This document shows positions 54,893-64,000 of a stretch of 64,000 nt of DNA, in pieces. Origin of the DNA: a virus (lineage: Duplodnaviria > Caudoviricetes); IMG/VR virus record IMGVR_UViG_3300033074_001348, positions 1 through 64,000 of that record; one strand, 5' to 3'. The translations under genes and the position numbers were made by a program. Below the pieces are notes generated by a model that saw only the letters and a list, made by a program, of their open reading frames with translations, had not been told where the DNA came from and searched no databases. Every line of letters begins with the position of its first letter. The stretch's first letter is position 1.

Positions 54893-56992
54893 TTAGAATT
54901 TAATTTTTATTACTCGTTTATGTGATCCTTGAAGTTTTACTATCAACTCATCTCTAACTGTTGCGTTAAAGCCAAGTCCTGAAAGTTGTTTATCTGATGG
55001 CGGTATCATATTAGTTGCTCCTAATACCTCTAAAACTTTACGATGTTGCGCTAATTCGGGTAGTAAATTTTCATTATGAAAACCCCTGATAGGTACAGGC
55101 GACTTACAACCGTCAAGCATAAAGAAATAATGTTTATTGCCGACATTGTTTTCACCCCAATGATTAGGCGAAAGGCACACTAAATTTACTTTATGGAACT
55201 GGTTTGTTTCAAGCCCGTAAAGTTCTTTAGATGCGGAGCTTTCAGGTAAGTGGTGCTTTATATCCATTTTACCATCCTTAACTATAACGGTAGCTACCAT
55301 TACAACCTGACCACCTGCAAGGGGATTGGCATAATGGTAGTTGAATACATTACCATCAAACTCTATTTCAACCTTAAATCCCCTGTTGGCACTTCCGCAG
55401 TAATTTCTTACATAGAAGTGATACTCCATATCCTTTAACTTGTCCTGCCAAGTAATATTTTCAATTCCTACTTTTGCAGGGCGAATCATATCTACATCAA
55501 GCCATCCTCCGGTGAACTGTGATTTTTTATTCCCGAAAAAGATTTCAGAGGCTCTTGATTCTCTGCAATGCAGGTCAAGATCAACAATACCTAATGTTTC
55601 CGCATCATTCCATTGGAGTGAGCATCTTAAAACACCTTCGATTTTACCTCCGGCATTTTTCACATTCTCTTTTATCTGCGACTTGCCTGCTAAGTTGCCG
55701 TTAAAAGTCCACGAGTAGTTATTGTTCCACTTGAATATAGGCTTTGAGTCCTCGTTTGCCGTTGTTAATGAAACTAAGTTGCCAGACTGCGAGTTAGATA
55801 AAAAGGCTTCTACTGCGGTGCAGGTAGGTAGAATGTCTTTCATGAATTTATCAATAGAGACTTCCTCTACTCCATCAAATTCGCTTCTTTTATGGTGAGT
55901 TGAGGTTGATTTCACTCCGTCAAAAATAGAGACGGACTTCATTTTACCATCTCCTACATTGGCGTGCAATATCTCCGATACTTTAATGTCGTCAATAGTG
56001 GCAAATCTCCTGTTAAATGATGCTTCAAAACCATTCTCCTCTACAAATTGTTTTGCTTCTTCAATTTGTTTTTTAGTGATAGGCGCAGTAGCTTTCATGT
56101 AGTTTGCAGGATCGACCCGCTTATTCCATGACTGGCAGGCTTTATTAAGTTCTTCACCCTCTGAGAGTTCGCTGCATAGCGTTCCGATTAATTCATTTTT
56201 AAACTTGGCGAATGGTAGCTTGTAAGATTTTACCCAACACCACGAGTCTCTTTGAGTTGCGGGCAGTAAGTTATACTCTTGTTTTAAAGGAATAATTTGC
56301 TCAATCTTAAACAGGTGGGTCGCTCCATCAAGTAGTGACCCTTGATTAATTAAGTCCTTTACTAAATAAAGCGTGTCAAGCGAAATAGTTTCCATTGTTT
56401 TTTGGAAAACGTTTTTAGCGTCACGATACTGCCCCATAATAGACTCAACAGATACTCCGGTTGTATCAACAAATTGCCTGTCAACGAATAGGTGCATATG
56501 GTTGAATGTGCGAACTTCGTTTGGCTTTACTACTCCATATTTCTCTGCTTCTTCTTTGGTGTACCTCTTAACATTACTTGCTACACCCAACTGAAACCCC
56601 TTACTTGATTTGCTGCAAGATTCGTATGGTAATGAGTTTAACTCAGTAAGTGTTTCAAAGAAAACTTCTGTAATTGTCGACGCTTTGATTTTGCTTGAAA
56701 GAATGCGTGATGTGGCAGCAAATTCTTCATCACAGTCGACGTCAAACATGGTTTCGATTTGGTAGTCGCCATTTACAGAAACGATATTACCATACCTGCG
56801 AATAAAATTTTTGCAGTGGTTGCAATTTTTTGTTGTGCTATTTGGGTCTCTAAAAACTGGGTTGTTTTCTTTTAGGAAAGAACTTATGTATAAGTCCCAA
56901 ACTTCCTGTCCTGTTAATGCGACTCGAAATAATTTGCCGCTTGTTTGCATAGAGGCAAATTTAGCTTGTAATTTTTTGTTAAAGTCAATCAT
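54893..56992 (-). CDS. large conserved hypothetical protein (699 aa)
   Basis: CNHCKNFIRRYG Cys motif; C-terminal SLQWN..DLDLHC resembles TerD/YfaP-like domains. Confidence 0.65.
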   Translation of the reverse strand: MIDFNKKLQAKFASMQTSGKLFRVALTGQEVWDLYISSFLKENNPVFRDPNSTTKNCNHCKNFIRRYGNIVSVNGDYQIETMFDVDCDEEFAATSRILSSKIKASTITEVFFETLTELNSLPYESCSKSSKGFQLGVASNVKRYTKEEAEKYGVVKPNEVRTFNHMHLFVDRQFVDTTGVSVESIMGQYRDAKNVFQKTMETISLDTLYLVKDLINQGSLLDGATHLFKIEQIIPLKQEYNLLPATQRDSWCWVKSYKLPFAKFKNELIGTLCSELSEGEELNKACQSWNKRVDPANYMKATAPITKKQIEEAKQFVEENGFEASFNRRFATIDDIKVSEILHANVGDGKMKSVSIFDGVKSTSTHHKRSEFDGVEEVSIDKFMKDILPTCTAVEAFLSNSQSGNLVSLTTANEDSKPIFKWNNNYSWTFNGNLAGKSQIKENVKNAGGKIEGVLRCSLQWNDAETLGIVDLDLHCRESRASEIFFGNKKSQFTGGWLDVDMIRPAKVGIENITWQDKLKDMEYHFYVRNYCGSANRGFKVEIEFDGNVFNYHYANPLAGGQVVMVATVIVKDGKMDIKHHLPESSASKELYGLETNQFHKVNLVCLSPNHWGENNVGNKHYFFMLDGCKSPVPIRGFHNENLLPELAQHRKVLEVLGATNMIPPSDKQLSGLGFNATVRDELIVKLQGSHKRVIKIKF

Positions 56993-57017
56993 GGTCGTAG
57001 TGGTTTAATTAATTATG

Positions 57018-57025
57018 CAAATATA
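57018..57025 (-). promoter_or_regulatory. TAnnTTTG promoter element
   Basis: TATATTTG on -, about 25 nt before ATG 56992. Confidence 0.55.
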
Positions 57026-57237
57026 TGTATATCTATTTGAAATAAACAAGAGCTATGCGAAATAAATTTATTAACATTTCAATCCGGCTCTTCTTACTTC
57101 CGCCTCCTCCTTTGTATCGAACGGTATAATCTTCCCGCCAAATCTTACAGGAGTCCATCTGCCGTTACGTTTGACCTCGATGCGATACTTGGTAAGGGTG
57201 CGAGCTTCGGATGCGTTGTAGGGTACGGTGCGGGTGG

Positions 57238-57447
57238 TCATTTTGTTTGCTCTTTCTTCTCTATGGTTTTCCAAATGTCTGGAAATTCGGCGGTATTTGC
57301 CTCGGGTATGTACCACTCTCCATCATCAAAGTAAATGAATCCTTCGTTGCGGTAGGGAGTTTCGGAGCCGATGTCAAAATCATCGAAGGTGACTGCATCG
57401 CCGTGTTTTATAGGTGTTCCGTCCGGGTATTTAGGGTGGAGTGGCAT
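57238..57447 (-). CDS. YopX C-terminal-like small protein
   Basis: MPLHPKYPDGTPIKHGDAV...IYFDDGEW; start set at ATG 57447. Confidence 0.45.
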   Translation of the reverse strand: MPLHPKYPDGTPIKHGDAVTFDDFDIGSETPYRNEGFIYFDDGEWYIPEANTAEFPDIWKTIEKKEQTK

Positions 57448-57448
57448 G

Positions 57449-57754
57449 TTATTGGATAGGTAATTTGTGATAGTTGAGTGTGCCGTTGGTTCTAAGTCGG
57501 AATTGAACGTAAATGTTGGCTTTGTCGTCGGTGTGGAAGCCGGTAACGATGACGTGGTTGACGCCAATGTACTTTAAGTCGAAAACCGCTTTGCCTTCTT
57601 GCTGCATCTTTAATAGCTGCGTGTGCGTGTTATGGGCAGCAGCAATGGCGATGTCATGGTGCCGTAATGTAATGGCTTCGGATCGGAGTAACGACTGGAT
57701 GCGGTGTATACGTTTAGTCAGCCAGATGTCCGGTGTGGTTTCGTGGGTCATCAT
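57449..57754 (-). CDS. hypothetical protein
   Basis: 101 aa in the leftward early operon. Confidence 0.45.
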   Translation of the reverse strand: MMTHETTPDIWLTKRIHRIQSLLRSEAITLRHHDIAIAAAHNTHTQLLKMQQEGKAVFDLKYIGVNHVIVTGFHTDDKANIYVQFRLRTNGTLNYHKLPIQ

Positions 57755-57775
57755 AATTGTCCGTTGATATGCTCA

Positions 57776-58012
57776 TCAATATCCTGTTCCTTCACTTTGT
57801 TCCCATCCTTGTTCAGGAGGGCTGCTTTGCCCCAAAGGATGATCGCTATTAATGCGGTTGCCAATATGCAAATCAGGGCTGCTAATGTCTGCTTGGTTGG
57901 TGGGTCTTGCGTTATTTCTAATATCATAGATATGTTGATTTAATTCGAGTAGTAAATTGTCGGGCATGGATGCTACCTGACTGATTTGTATGAGTAGTTC
58001 GAGGGTGGTCAT
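57776..58012 (-). CDS. hypothetical protein
   Basis: 78 aa, ATGA-coupled. Confidence 0.4.
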   Translation of the reverse strand: MTTLELLIQISQVASMPDNLLLELNQHIYDIRNNARPTNQADISSPDLHIGNRINSDHPLGQSSPPEQGWEQSEGTGY

Positions 58013-58374
58013 TTCAGCCCCCCTTCCATGACTAATTGTACCTGCAATTCTTTGCTGATCGTGATTGACCCGTCCCCGTTTTCCGGTATTTCAGTAAGTT
58101 GTTCGAGTGCGGACTTGGGGAGTGGTGGTAAGGTCATTCCAATTTGCCAGTTGCTGGCGGATGGGTCGTCAGATAAAAATGCCCACGCAACAAGATCGCC
58201 TTTTAATTGTATTAAAAATGGAAATGAGATGAGTCCTATAGCTCCTGTTGAAAGAACCCATTCAGTAGGTTTGTGTCCGCTTTTATACCTCGCTTTAGGT
58301 CTTTCCCGTTCAATGGTTTGTAGTAGGTCGAGTTCTTCCTCTTTGTTGGTTACGATAAATGATTGTGTTTTCAT
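58009..58374 (-). CDS. hypothetical protein
   Basis: 121 aa. Confidence 0.5.
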   Translation of the reverse strand: MKTQSFIVTNKEEELDLLQTIERERPKARYKSGHKPTEWVLSTGAIGLISFPFLIQLKGDLVAWAFLSDDPSASNWQIGMTLPPLPKSALEQLTEIPENGDGSITISKELQVQLVMEGGLK

Positions 58375-58394
58375 GGCTCGTTTATTTTTGGGTG

Positions 58395-59039
58395 TTATTT
58401 ACTCTCCTCTTTTAATTCCAATTCAGCGCACCTTTTCATGTCCTCCATTGCGATTTCGTTTGAGTCAAAAAACCTTGTCGGAGGCACTTTAATGGGGCTT
58501 GACGCTTTATAAATCTGCATTGCAGCAAATAAAGTTGAGGTTTCTTCTTCTAATTTTTTACCTTCTTCTCCTGCCAGTACCACAACCCAACCCGCCCGGC
58601 AATGTGTAGTGTCGCAGGTGTGCCAATTGCCCATATTAAGCGCATCAGGTTTTGAAACGGCTTCTAAAATCTGTGTGTGGATATTTGGAATTACCGGAAT
58701 CATAGGTATTTTACTATCGGATTCTTTAACGTTTTTTAATCCGTAACAGTCGGAACAGCCGTAACAGCGGTAACAGCGGTAACAGTCGGAACAGTCGGAA
58801 CAGTCGGAACAGCGGGAACAGTAGGAACAGCCGTAACAGTCGGAACAGCCGTAACAGTCGGAACAGCGGGAACAGCGGAAACAGTCGGAACAGTCGGAAC
58901 AGTTCCAGCACCCTTTATTGGTTTCATTTTCAGTTAAATAATTCGGATTTTGATCTGCAAACTCTTGCGATACTCCGTTAATTTCCAAGTCCTCTCTATT
59001 CAGAAAAGCTGAATAGTCTTTAAAGATTTGTGTTTTCAT
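58395..59039 (-). CDS. CxxCxx repeat phage protein
   Basis: 19 Cys-X-X triplets followed by WHTCDTTHCRAGW domain. Confidence 0.7.
   Translation of the reverse strand: MKTQIFKDYSAFLNREDLEINGVSQEFADQNPNYLTENETNKGCWNCSDCSDCFRCSRCSDCYGCSDCYGCSYCSRCSDCSDCSDCYRCYRCYGCSDCYGLKNVKESDSKIPMIPVIPNIHTQILEAVSKPDALNMGNWHTCDTTHCRAGWVVVLAGEEGKKLEEETSTLFAAMQIYKASSPIKVPPTRFFDSNEIAMEDMKRCAELELKEESK
58740..58910 (-). repeat. in-frame 9-bp tandem repeat (19 units)
   Basis: AACAGTCGG/AACAGCCGT/AACAGCGG(T/G)-type units on +. Confidence 0.9.
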
Positions 59040-59365
59040 TGGGTCGTTATGGTTTTTTTAAAATTGTAGTGGTGTCATCACATTAGTTTTAATTCATAAA
59101 TACTTCGATTGTCGTTTAAATTACTGGACTGGGCTGCAAGTTTCTTTGTGGAAATTACGTACAGGCAACCTTCTACTTCAAACACTTCGCCTAATTTTAT
59201 TTTAGGTACTCCGAATTTATCATCGCCTTGTTTGTCCTTGTCTTTCATGGTGTAAATGTAAACCACTTTTTAAGTGTGGTCAATGGATTATTTTAAGGAT
59301 TTGTTGGATTATACTACTGATCTCAGGACGAGTCGGTCTCAATGGGTGGCTATCCGCATTTACGT

Positions 59366-59521
59366 TTACCCTGCGAAACTATCCAGTAGTTTTTTAATCG
59401 CTGCATCTGCCTCCTTAAATTTATGTGTAGGCAGGCAATATGTTTTCTTGGTTGTGCCTTCGGGGTATTTTTTGGGTTTACCGCAAGTTGGGTGAACAAA
59501 TTGGGTGTGTGCGGGTTTCAT
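59366..59521 (-). CDS. 51-aa hypothetical protein (not in ORF track)
   Basis: MKPAHTQFVHPTCGKPKKYPEG...SFAG*, preceded by the CCACTA leader motif. Confidence 0.45.
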   Translation of the reverse strand: MKPAHTQFVHPTCGKPKKYPEGTTKKTYCLPTHKFKEADAAIKKLLDSFAG

Positions 59522-59542
59522 TTTATAGGTTTTAGTGGTGGG

Positions 59543-61102
59543 TTAAATACTAAATAATATCTCTGCGGTCTGGTGGTTTGCCGTCTGTCCTTTCCTTTCC
59601 TGCTTTTGCTTGGTCTTCTCAGGTAGCGGATAACCTTTTAATTTTGATACTCGTTGGTTAAACTTTGCCCAGATTTCTTCATCGGTGAACTCAAAGTGCA
59701 TTGTTCCTTTTTTGTAGGCCCTTACCTTAAAGAATGCCCAATTAAAAGGCTCTCCGTAAATTGGCCGTCCTGTCTCGGTTGTGTGTGGGATTCCTTTTTT
59801 TTGAAGTTCTGCCGATCTGCTAAACATTCCATTATAATGAATATCACTACTAAAATACTCTACACCATTTGCAGTATATAAACGGTGTTCATAGCGGCAA
59901 TGATTAGCTAAACTGCCATACTTTTCCCAACTATCACCAGTTAAGTAACAGATAGCTTTTACCATGTCTTCCATAAAATTCCAGTTATTACCGTATGTAT
60001 TACAAAGGTGCGCACCTGAATGGTAGCGGTCAATCTCGCACATTCTTGGTATTATAAATTTACGATTTAACAGGTACATACTATTGGTTTTCCATCCTTC
60101 TAAATTCATACGGTTTTCGTCTGCGTGGCTGGTAACTTTATCAAACACTGAAACGATTGCTTTATCCATTCGCTGCTCGGTTGTTCCCACAATAATTTGT
60201 AGCATGTTGTAGATATTATGCATGGTAAACGGTATTTTTACCTGCGTTTCAATAAACTTGTTGAGGTCTTCTCTCAGGCTTTGCGTAGCTGTTCGCTCTA
60301 AGTCCATCTTTTTAAATATAAACTCCCATCCTGCTTTCTGCATCTCTTTTTTAAACTCGTTACGGGTCAATTCCTTTTTATCGGATTTTATAGTCATTCC
60401 GGCTTTGCAATGAAAGAAACCTGAAGTAATATTTTCCAGTTCGATTGCCGTATCGAGCTGCTTGTCGTAAATCTTTACGGCTGCTACATATCTGTTTACC
60501 AAGTCACGCACAGCATTGTAGCTCATTATTCCGTAGCTTCCTGCCTCTTGCGGCTCTTCATCCATCAGGAAACCGGAAAACTCTTCTTCTCTGCTTTCGC
60601 CCTGCTTTTTTATACGAATTAGAGCTACTTCAACAAAGGTGTGCCGTTCACTCTCGGCAAAGCATTTTCCAAGCTCCTCAAAACTTCCATACATATCAAC
60701 TATTGAGCGTAGCTCCTCACGCTGTTTAGTATAGGTATTTTTTACGGTGCTAAGGTTACAAAGTGCTATAATGTCACATCCTGCTGGCGCAATGTTGTAG
60801 GCGTGTAAAATATGCTTTTCGTCTGCGTTAAATGGCGGATTCATAACAATAAATTGCACATGGCTGATTTGATCGGACGTAACTGTGAAAAAATCGTCTG
60901 CAATTATTTTGCAGGGTATTAATTTCTGCAACTGCGTGTCAATTTCGCAGGCGTTCACGTTTGCCCCTGCCGATTGCAAGGCTCGGACTATATCACCCTT
61001 GCCTGCTGATGGTTCTAAAACATTGCAACCCTCTAAATGTATGCCCGCTAACATTTGACTGATTACGTCGGCTGGCGTTGGGTAAAATTGACTGTTAAAC
61101 AT
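59543..61102 (-). CDS. methyltransferase fused to DUF4942-like domain
   Basis: FYPTP, VLEPSAGKG, VMNPPF; C-terminal AYKKGTMHFEF. Confidence 0.8.
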   Translation of the reverse strand: MFNSQFYPTPADVISQMLAGIHLEGCNVLEPSAGKGDIVRALQSAGANVNACEIDTQLQKLIPCKIIADDFFTVTSDQISHVQFIVMNPPFNADEKHILHAYNIAPAGCDIIALCNLSTVKNTYTKQREELRSIVDMYGSFEELGKCFAESERHTFVEVALIRIKKQGESREEEFSGFLMDEEPQEAGSYGIMSYNAVRDLVNRYVAAVKIYDKQLDTAIELENITSGFFHCKAGMTIKSDKKELTRNEFKKEMQKAGWEFIFKKMDLERTATQSLREDLNKFIETQVKIPFTMHNIYNMLQIIVGTTEQRMDKAIVSVFDKVTSHADENRMNLEGWKTNSMYLLNRKFIIPRMCEIDRYHSGAHLCNTYGNNWNFMEDMVKAICYLTGDSWEKYGSLANHCRYEHRLYTANGVEYFSSDIHYNGMFSRSAELQKKGIPHTTETGRPIYGEPFNWAFFKVRAYKKGTMHFEFTDEEIWAKFNQRVSKLKGYPLPEKTKQKQERKGQTANHQTAEILFSI

Positions 61103-62222
61103 TGGCGGCTTCTCCTTTCTGTATTTTTACTATTTGCATGGTACAGGGTTGTAACTGTCCGTAAATTTGTAAATCTGTTTCTTCAAAGAAGTTCATACAC
61201 TGTTTTACTTCTTCCCTTAACCTATCCTTTATAGTCTCCTGTGCTTGTTTAATTTCTTTCAATAGATCAATAACTTGCTGCTGATTTGTTATTGGAAATA
61301 TCCAACCTGCACCGCATGACAATCGAAAATTAAATTTCCCTCCAAGTGCTTTCAACTGTTCTTTTATTTCTCTGGTGCCCTCGCCTATTACCGCTATTGA
61401 TTTATCGCTGTATTTTATCACGGCAATAGTTTGACCTTCTTTGAGTGTGGGCGCTGCTGGTCGTTCTATGGTTTCGATTGGGCTTTCCTTCGGTTCAAAT
61501 GTCAATACCTCATCCCCGTCTATTATCTCAACTGCTTTAAGTGTTGCTCCTGCTGGTATGGTTGCGGCTGCAAATATTTGGTAGGCTCTGCGCTCAATTT
61601 CGTATTGTTGTAACTGATCACCCCACCTTGCTGTTAATTGGTTAGTAATAAATTCCCGTGTTTTGTCGCTCATTGTTCTTCGCTCCTGCACATATTTAAC
61701 CTGTGGTATGTCGTCCCGGCTGTTTGAGTAGTCATAAGAATCTGTCATGCCGTCAAAGTGTCCGTATTGGTACGCTCCGGAAATGTTTTCAACCATTGAA
61801 GTGGTCGGGCCGTCTGTCCATTCTACATGAACACTATTTCCCCCTGAATATGAATTTGAAGTAACCGAAAATTTAACATCTGGAAACGCTGCTTTTAATT
61901 TCTCCCTGATTTGCTGCGCTGCGTGTGCGTGTGAACTTTTATGTCCTTTGTTGCGTTCTTTCTGTTCGGCTTTCCATACTTCGAAGCGGTCTGTATTTGC
62001 TTTGTGCGTGTCCATGTCTTCCATCAGCCTTTCAATTGTCCTGTATCTAACAAAGTGGTAATGATTGGCGGCATTGCCTTTGAATGCCTTTAAAATTAGC
62101 TCATTGGGGTGGTGAAAAAATACCCGATCTTTGTAATCGGTTCGGATATATCCTGAATTTACAAGGGCTGTGAACTGATAGTCACGTGACTGGTTGCGCT
62201 GTTCTTTAGTTAATAGTCTCAT
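61095..62222 (-). CDS. large-polyvalent-protein-associated (LPD29-like) domain protein
   Basis: IREKLKAAFPDVKFSV...WTDGPT...GHFDGMTD; C-terminal KALGGKFNFRL..GAGWIF module. Confidence 0.65.
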   Translation of the reverse strand: MRLLTKEQRNQSRDYQFTALVNSGYIRTDYKDRVFFHHPNELILKAFKGNAANHYHFVRYRTIERLMEDMDTHKANTDRFEVWKAEQKERNKGHKSSHAHAAQQIREKLKAAFPDVKFSVTSNSYSGGNSVHVEWTDGPTTSMVENISGAYQYGHFDGMTDSYDYSNSRDDIPQVKYVQERRTMSDKTREFITNQLTARWGDQLQQYEIERRAYQIFAAATIPAGATLKAVEIIDGDEVLTFEPKESPIETIERPAAPTLKEGQTIAVIKYSDKSIAVIGEGTREIKEQLKALGGKFNFRLSCGAGWIFPITNQQQVIDLLKEIKQAQETIKDRLREEVKQCMNFFEETDLQIYGQLQPCTMQIVKIQKGEAANV

Positions 62223-62292
62223 TTGGTCGTTACGTTTAAGTTAATACCGTATCACATGATACGGTTTCGGGCTATTTGCCTTCATCAGTTAA

Positions 62293-62943
62293 CTATTGGT
62301 TATCTCCCCACAATTTAACAGCGTTTTTCAGTAGCTTTTCAAGTTCATTAACTTCCTTTTTAGCGTAGGTAAGTGAGAAGGAGTGCGAACGCTCAACTTT
62401 TCCGGTCTTTAAGTCTTCGTGCTTTTGCTTTGCCTGTTGTAATTTGTATTCGTAGTATTCAATACATTCAGGCATTGACAAGTTTATAATGGTTGTGCGG
62501 TCTTCCCAGTAATCGGCCTTACTCTTTATTTGTTCCGCCTTGCGCTGAAATTGCATCGCTTTATCCATGCGGTTGTGATTGCGTTCTATTAATGCTCTAT
62601 GTCTTTTCTCGCTGTGATGTCCTATTTTAATAGGTTCACCCAGTACTAAAAAGTCACGGCCTTCATGTGATGCTTTCCAATAATTATCGCTTTTCTTCTC
62701 TGCGTTTTGTGCTGCGTTTTCAATTCGCTCTAACTTTCTTTTAGCGTGTTCCTGTGCATTGAAACCGTCTGCCCTAACAATGGAATAAAAATAATGTCCG
62801 TCTTTTGTGCCGATATAATTAAACACTATGCAGTCGTTTTCTTTTCCGTATTTTGTTGTTACCGGAATAATTGCGCCTTTTTCGTGCTTTTCTGTACATT
62901 TTGCCAAAAATACATTTGGCAGGTATTTGTGATAAGTGTTCAT
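62293..62943 (-). CDS. DUF3560-like protein
   Basis: GEPIKIGHHSEKRHRA motif. Confidence 0.7.
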   Translation of the reverse strand: MNTYHKYLPNVFLAKCTEKHEKGAIIPVTTKYGKENDCIVFNYIGTKDGHYFYSIVRADGFNAQEHAKRKLERIENAAQNAEKKSDNYWKASHEGRDFLVLGEPIKIGHHSEKRHRALIERNHNRMDKAMQFQRKAEQIKSKADYWEDRTTIINLSMPECIEYYEYKLQQAKQKHEDLKTGKVERSHSFSLTYAKKEVNELEKLLKNAVKLWGDNQ

Positions 62944-62976
62944 AGTTGTATTTTTTTAGTGGTTTAAATATTGTTT

Positions 62977-63276
62977 TTAAAATTCGGTTTCGTTGTCAAA
63001 AAATTCAAGTTCTGATAAGTCGCTTAATAATTCCATGCCATCAGTATGGTATGGACTATATTCACACTGGTAATATTTTACTCCTCCATACTCGATATAA
63101 TTGGCATCTTTTCCGGTTGCCTCTTTATAAAATTCTTTGGAGTAATTTTCTTTAATGTGCTTTTTAGTAAAATACTGCGTACAATCTACTGTATGAAATT
63201 GTCCAGAGAAGTGCGGCCTTAATATTTCATCACCATTGAAATAAAGTGCGCCTTTGATAATTGTTTTGGTTTCCAT
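62977..63276 (-). CDS. hypothetical protein
   Basis: 99 aa with a shared upstream leader motif. Confidence 0.55.
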   Translation of the reverse strand: METKTIIKGALYFNGDEILRPHFSGQFHTVDCTQYFTKKHIKENYSKEFYKEATGKDANYIEYGGVKYYQCEYSPYHTDGMELLSDLSELEFFDNETEF

Positions 63277-63338
63277 GTTTTTAGTGGATTAAATATTGTT
63301 TGTTGTTTGTTTATTTTTATAATGGTTTAACTTGTTTG

Positions 63339-63500
63339 TTATGAATACAATTCTAATGATAATCCCCCGGCAATAATTAAATGAATCGTGCCGCCGCCAT
63401 TTCTTGGGCTGCGATAAATGCTCGCATTGTACGCACGTTTTCCATACAATTCCTTAAATGCATCTCTAAGCATTTTGTCAGTTATTTTGTCTGTTTTCAT
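63339..63500 (-). CDS. 53-aa hypothetical protein (not in ORF track)
   Basis: MKTDKITDKMLRDAFKELYG...LELYS*. Confidence 0.4.
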   Translation of the reverse strand: MKTDKITDKMLRDAFKELYGKRAYNASIYRSPRNGGGTIHLIIAGGLSLELYS

Positions 63501-63538
63501 GTCGTTGTTTTTTAGTTGTTATATTGTTTTTTGGGTGT

Positions 63539-64000
63539 TTAGGATAATTTATTGACTAATAATTTAGCCGATCTTAATGACTTGTGATTGCTATATAGTT
63601 CATTGTCTTTCATTACACTGTGGGTATATTCCGGTGTTAAGTGGGTACATTGAACGATGCTAAAATGTGCGTTATGATAATTTGGCAGCTGAAACAAAAC
63701 ATATCCTGTTGCAATATCTTTTATCTTTACTATGCAGTTGTCTAAAAGTGCCGGCCCGCCTAAACTTCCTTTACTGCGAATAAGTATAGGGATTTTAAAG
63801 GTTCCGCCGTAGCTTCTCCCAATTCTTCCGATTGTGTCGTGTTCTTCGTTCCAATCCTTTCCGGTTTTGGTATCTCCTAAATATATTTTTAGTCTTCTTT
63901 GGCTTTTAATTGCCTCGTCCAATATTCTGCATACTTCATCATTTGTATCAATGTGAAACGCCGTTCCGTTATCTGATACCTTGTATTGTTTTCCGTTTAA
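63539..64000 (-). CDS. hypothetical phage protein, 5'-truncated by window edge
   Basis: Frame stays open to position 64000 (LNGKQYKVSDNGTAFH...RLKIYLGDTKTGKDW). Confidence 0.6.
   Translation of the reverse strand, partial: LNGKQYKVSDNGTAFHIDTNDEVCRILDEAIKSQRRLKIYLGDTKTGKDWNEEHDTIGRIGRSYGGTFKIPILIRSKGSLGGPALLDNCIVKIKDIATGYVLFQLPNYHNAHFSIVQCTHLTPEYTHSVMKDNELYSNHKSLRSAKLLVNKLS

Noticed and set aside
58726-58927. LFRL and VPT repeat ORFs
   Set aside because: Alternative frames of the 9-bp repeat inside the Cys-X-X gene
1-64000. Stop-codon reassignment as in some crAss-like phages
   Set aside because: Long structural genes are intact in the standard code, and TAA, TAG and TGA all end coupled genes
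1-64000. Diversity-generating retroelement, introns/inteins, IS elements, prophage att ends
   Set aside because: No reverse transcriptase, TR/VR pair, split core gene, transposase or host gene recognised

Overview
This window is all phage DNA, a Bacteroidota-infecting podovirus-like genome with a crAss-like (Crassvirales-related) head-tail module. No host genes or prophage ends are visible. The + strand from 1 to 38023 carries terminase, portal, scaffold, capsid, ring/adaptor, muzzle-like, ejection, tail-spike and lysis genes, with Bacteroidota TAnnTTTG promoter elements. Most of 38136-64000 is small accessory/early genes: three DNA methyltransferases, an exonuclease, SSB, a serine recombinase, HTH/RHH regulators and two tRNAs. 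Two things stand out. (1) Two integron-like gene-cassette arrays (38058-41908 and 44467-45662). Each is anchored by the same 69-bp site ending at a GTT core and is built of attC-like AAC...GTT hairpins. Each cassette's own two ends are complementary. All cassette ORFs run opposite to the inferred cassette polarity, several start inside the hairpin loop, and no tyrosine integrase is in the window. (2) A circularly permuted, two-piece tmRNA gene (about 10807-11139) in the capsid operon with a 22-residue tag ending AAA. Further leads are a candidate antisense sRNA, probable leaderless late mRNAs, signal-peptide-bearing beta-helix enzymes and a pseudoknot-like leader. Protein assignments come from motif recognition and gene order only; no database search was run.
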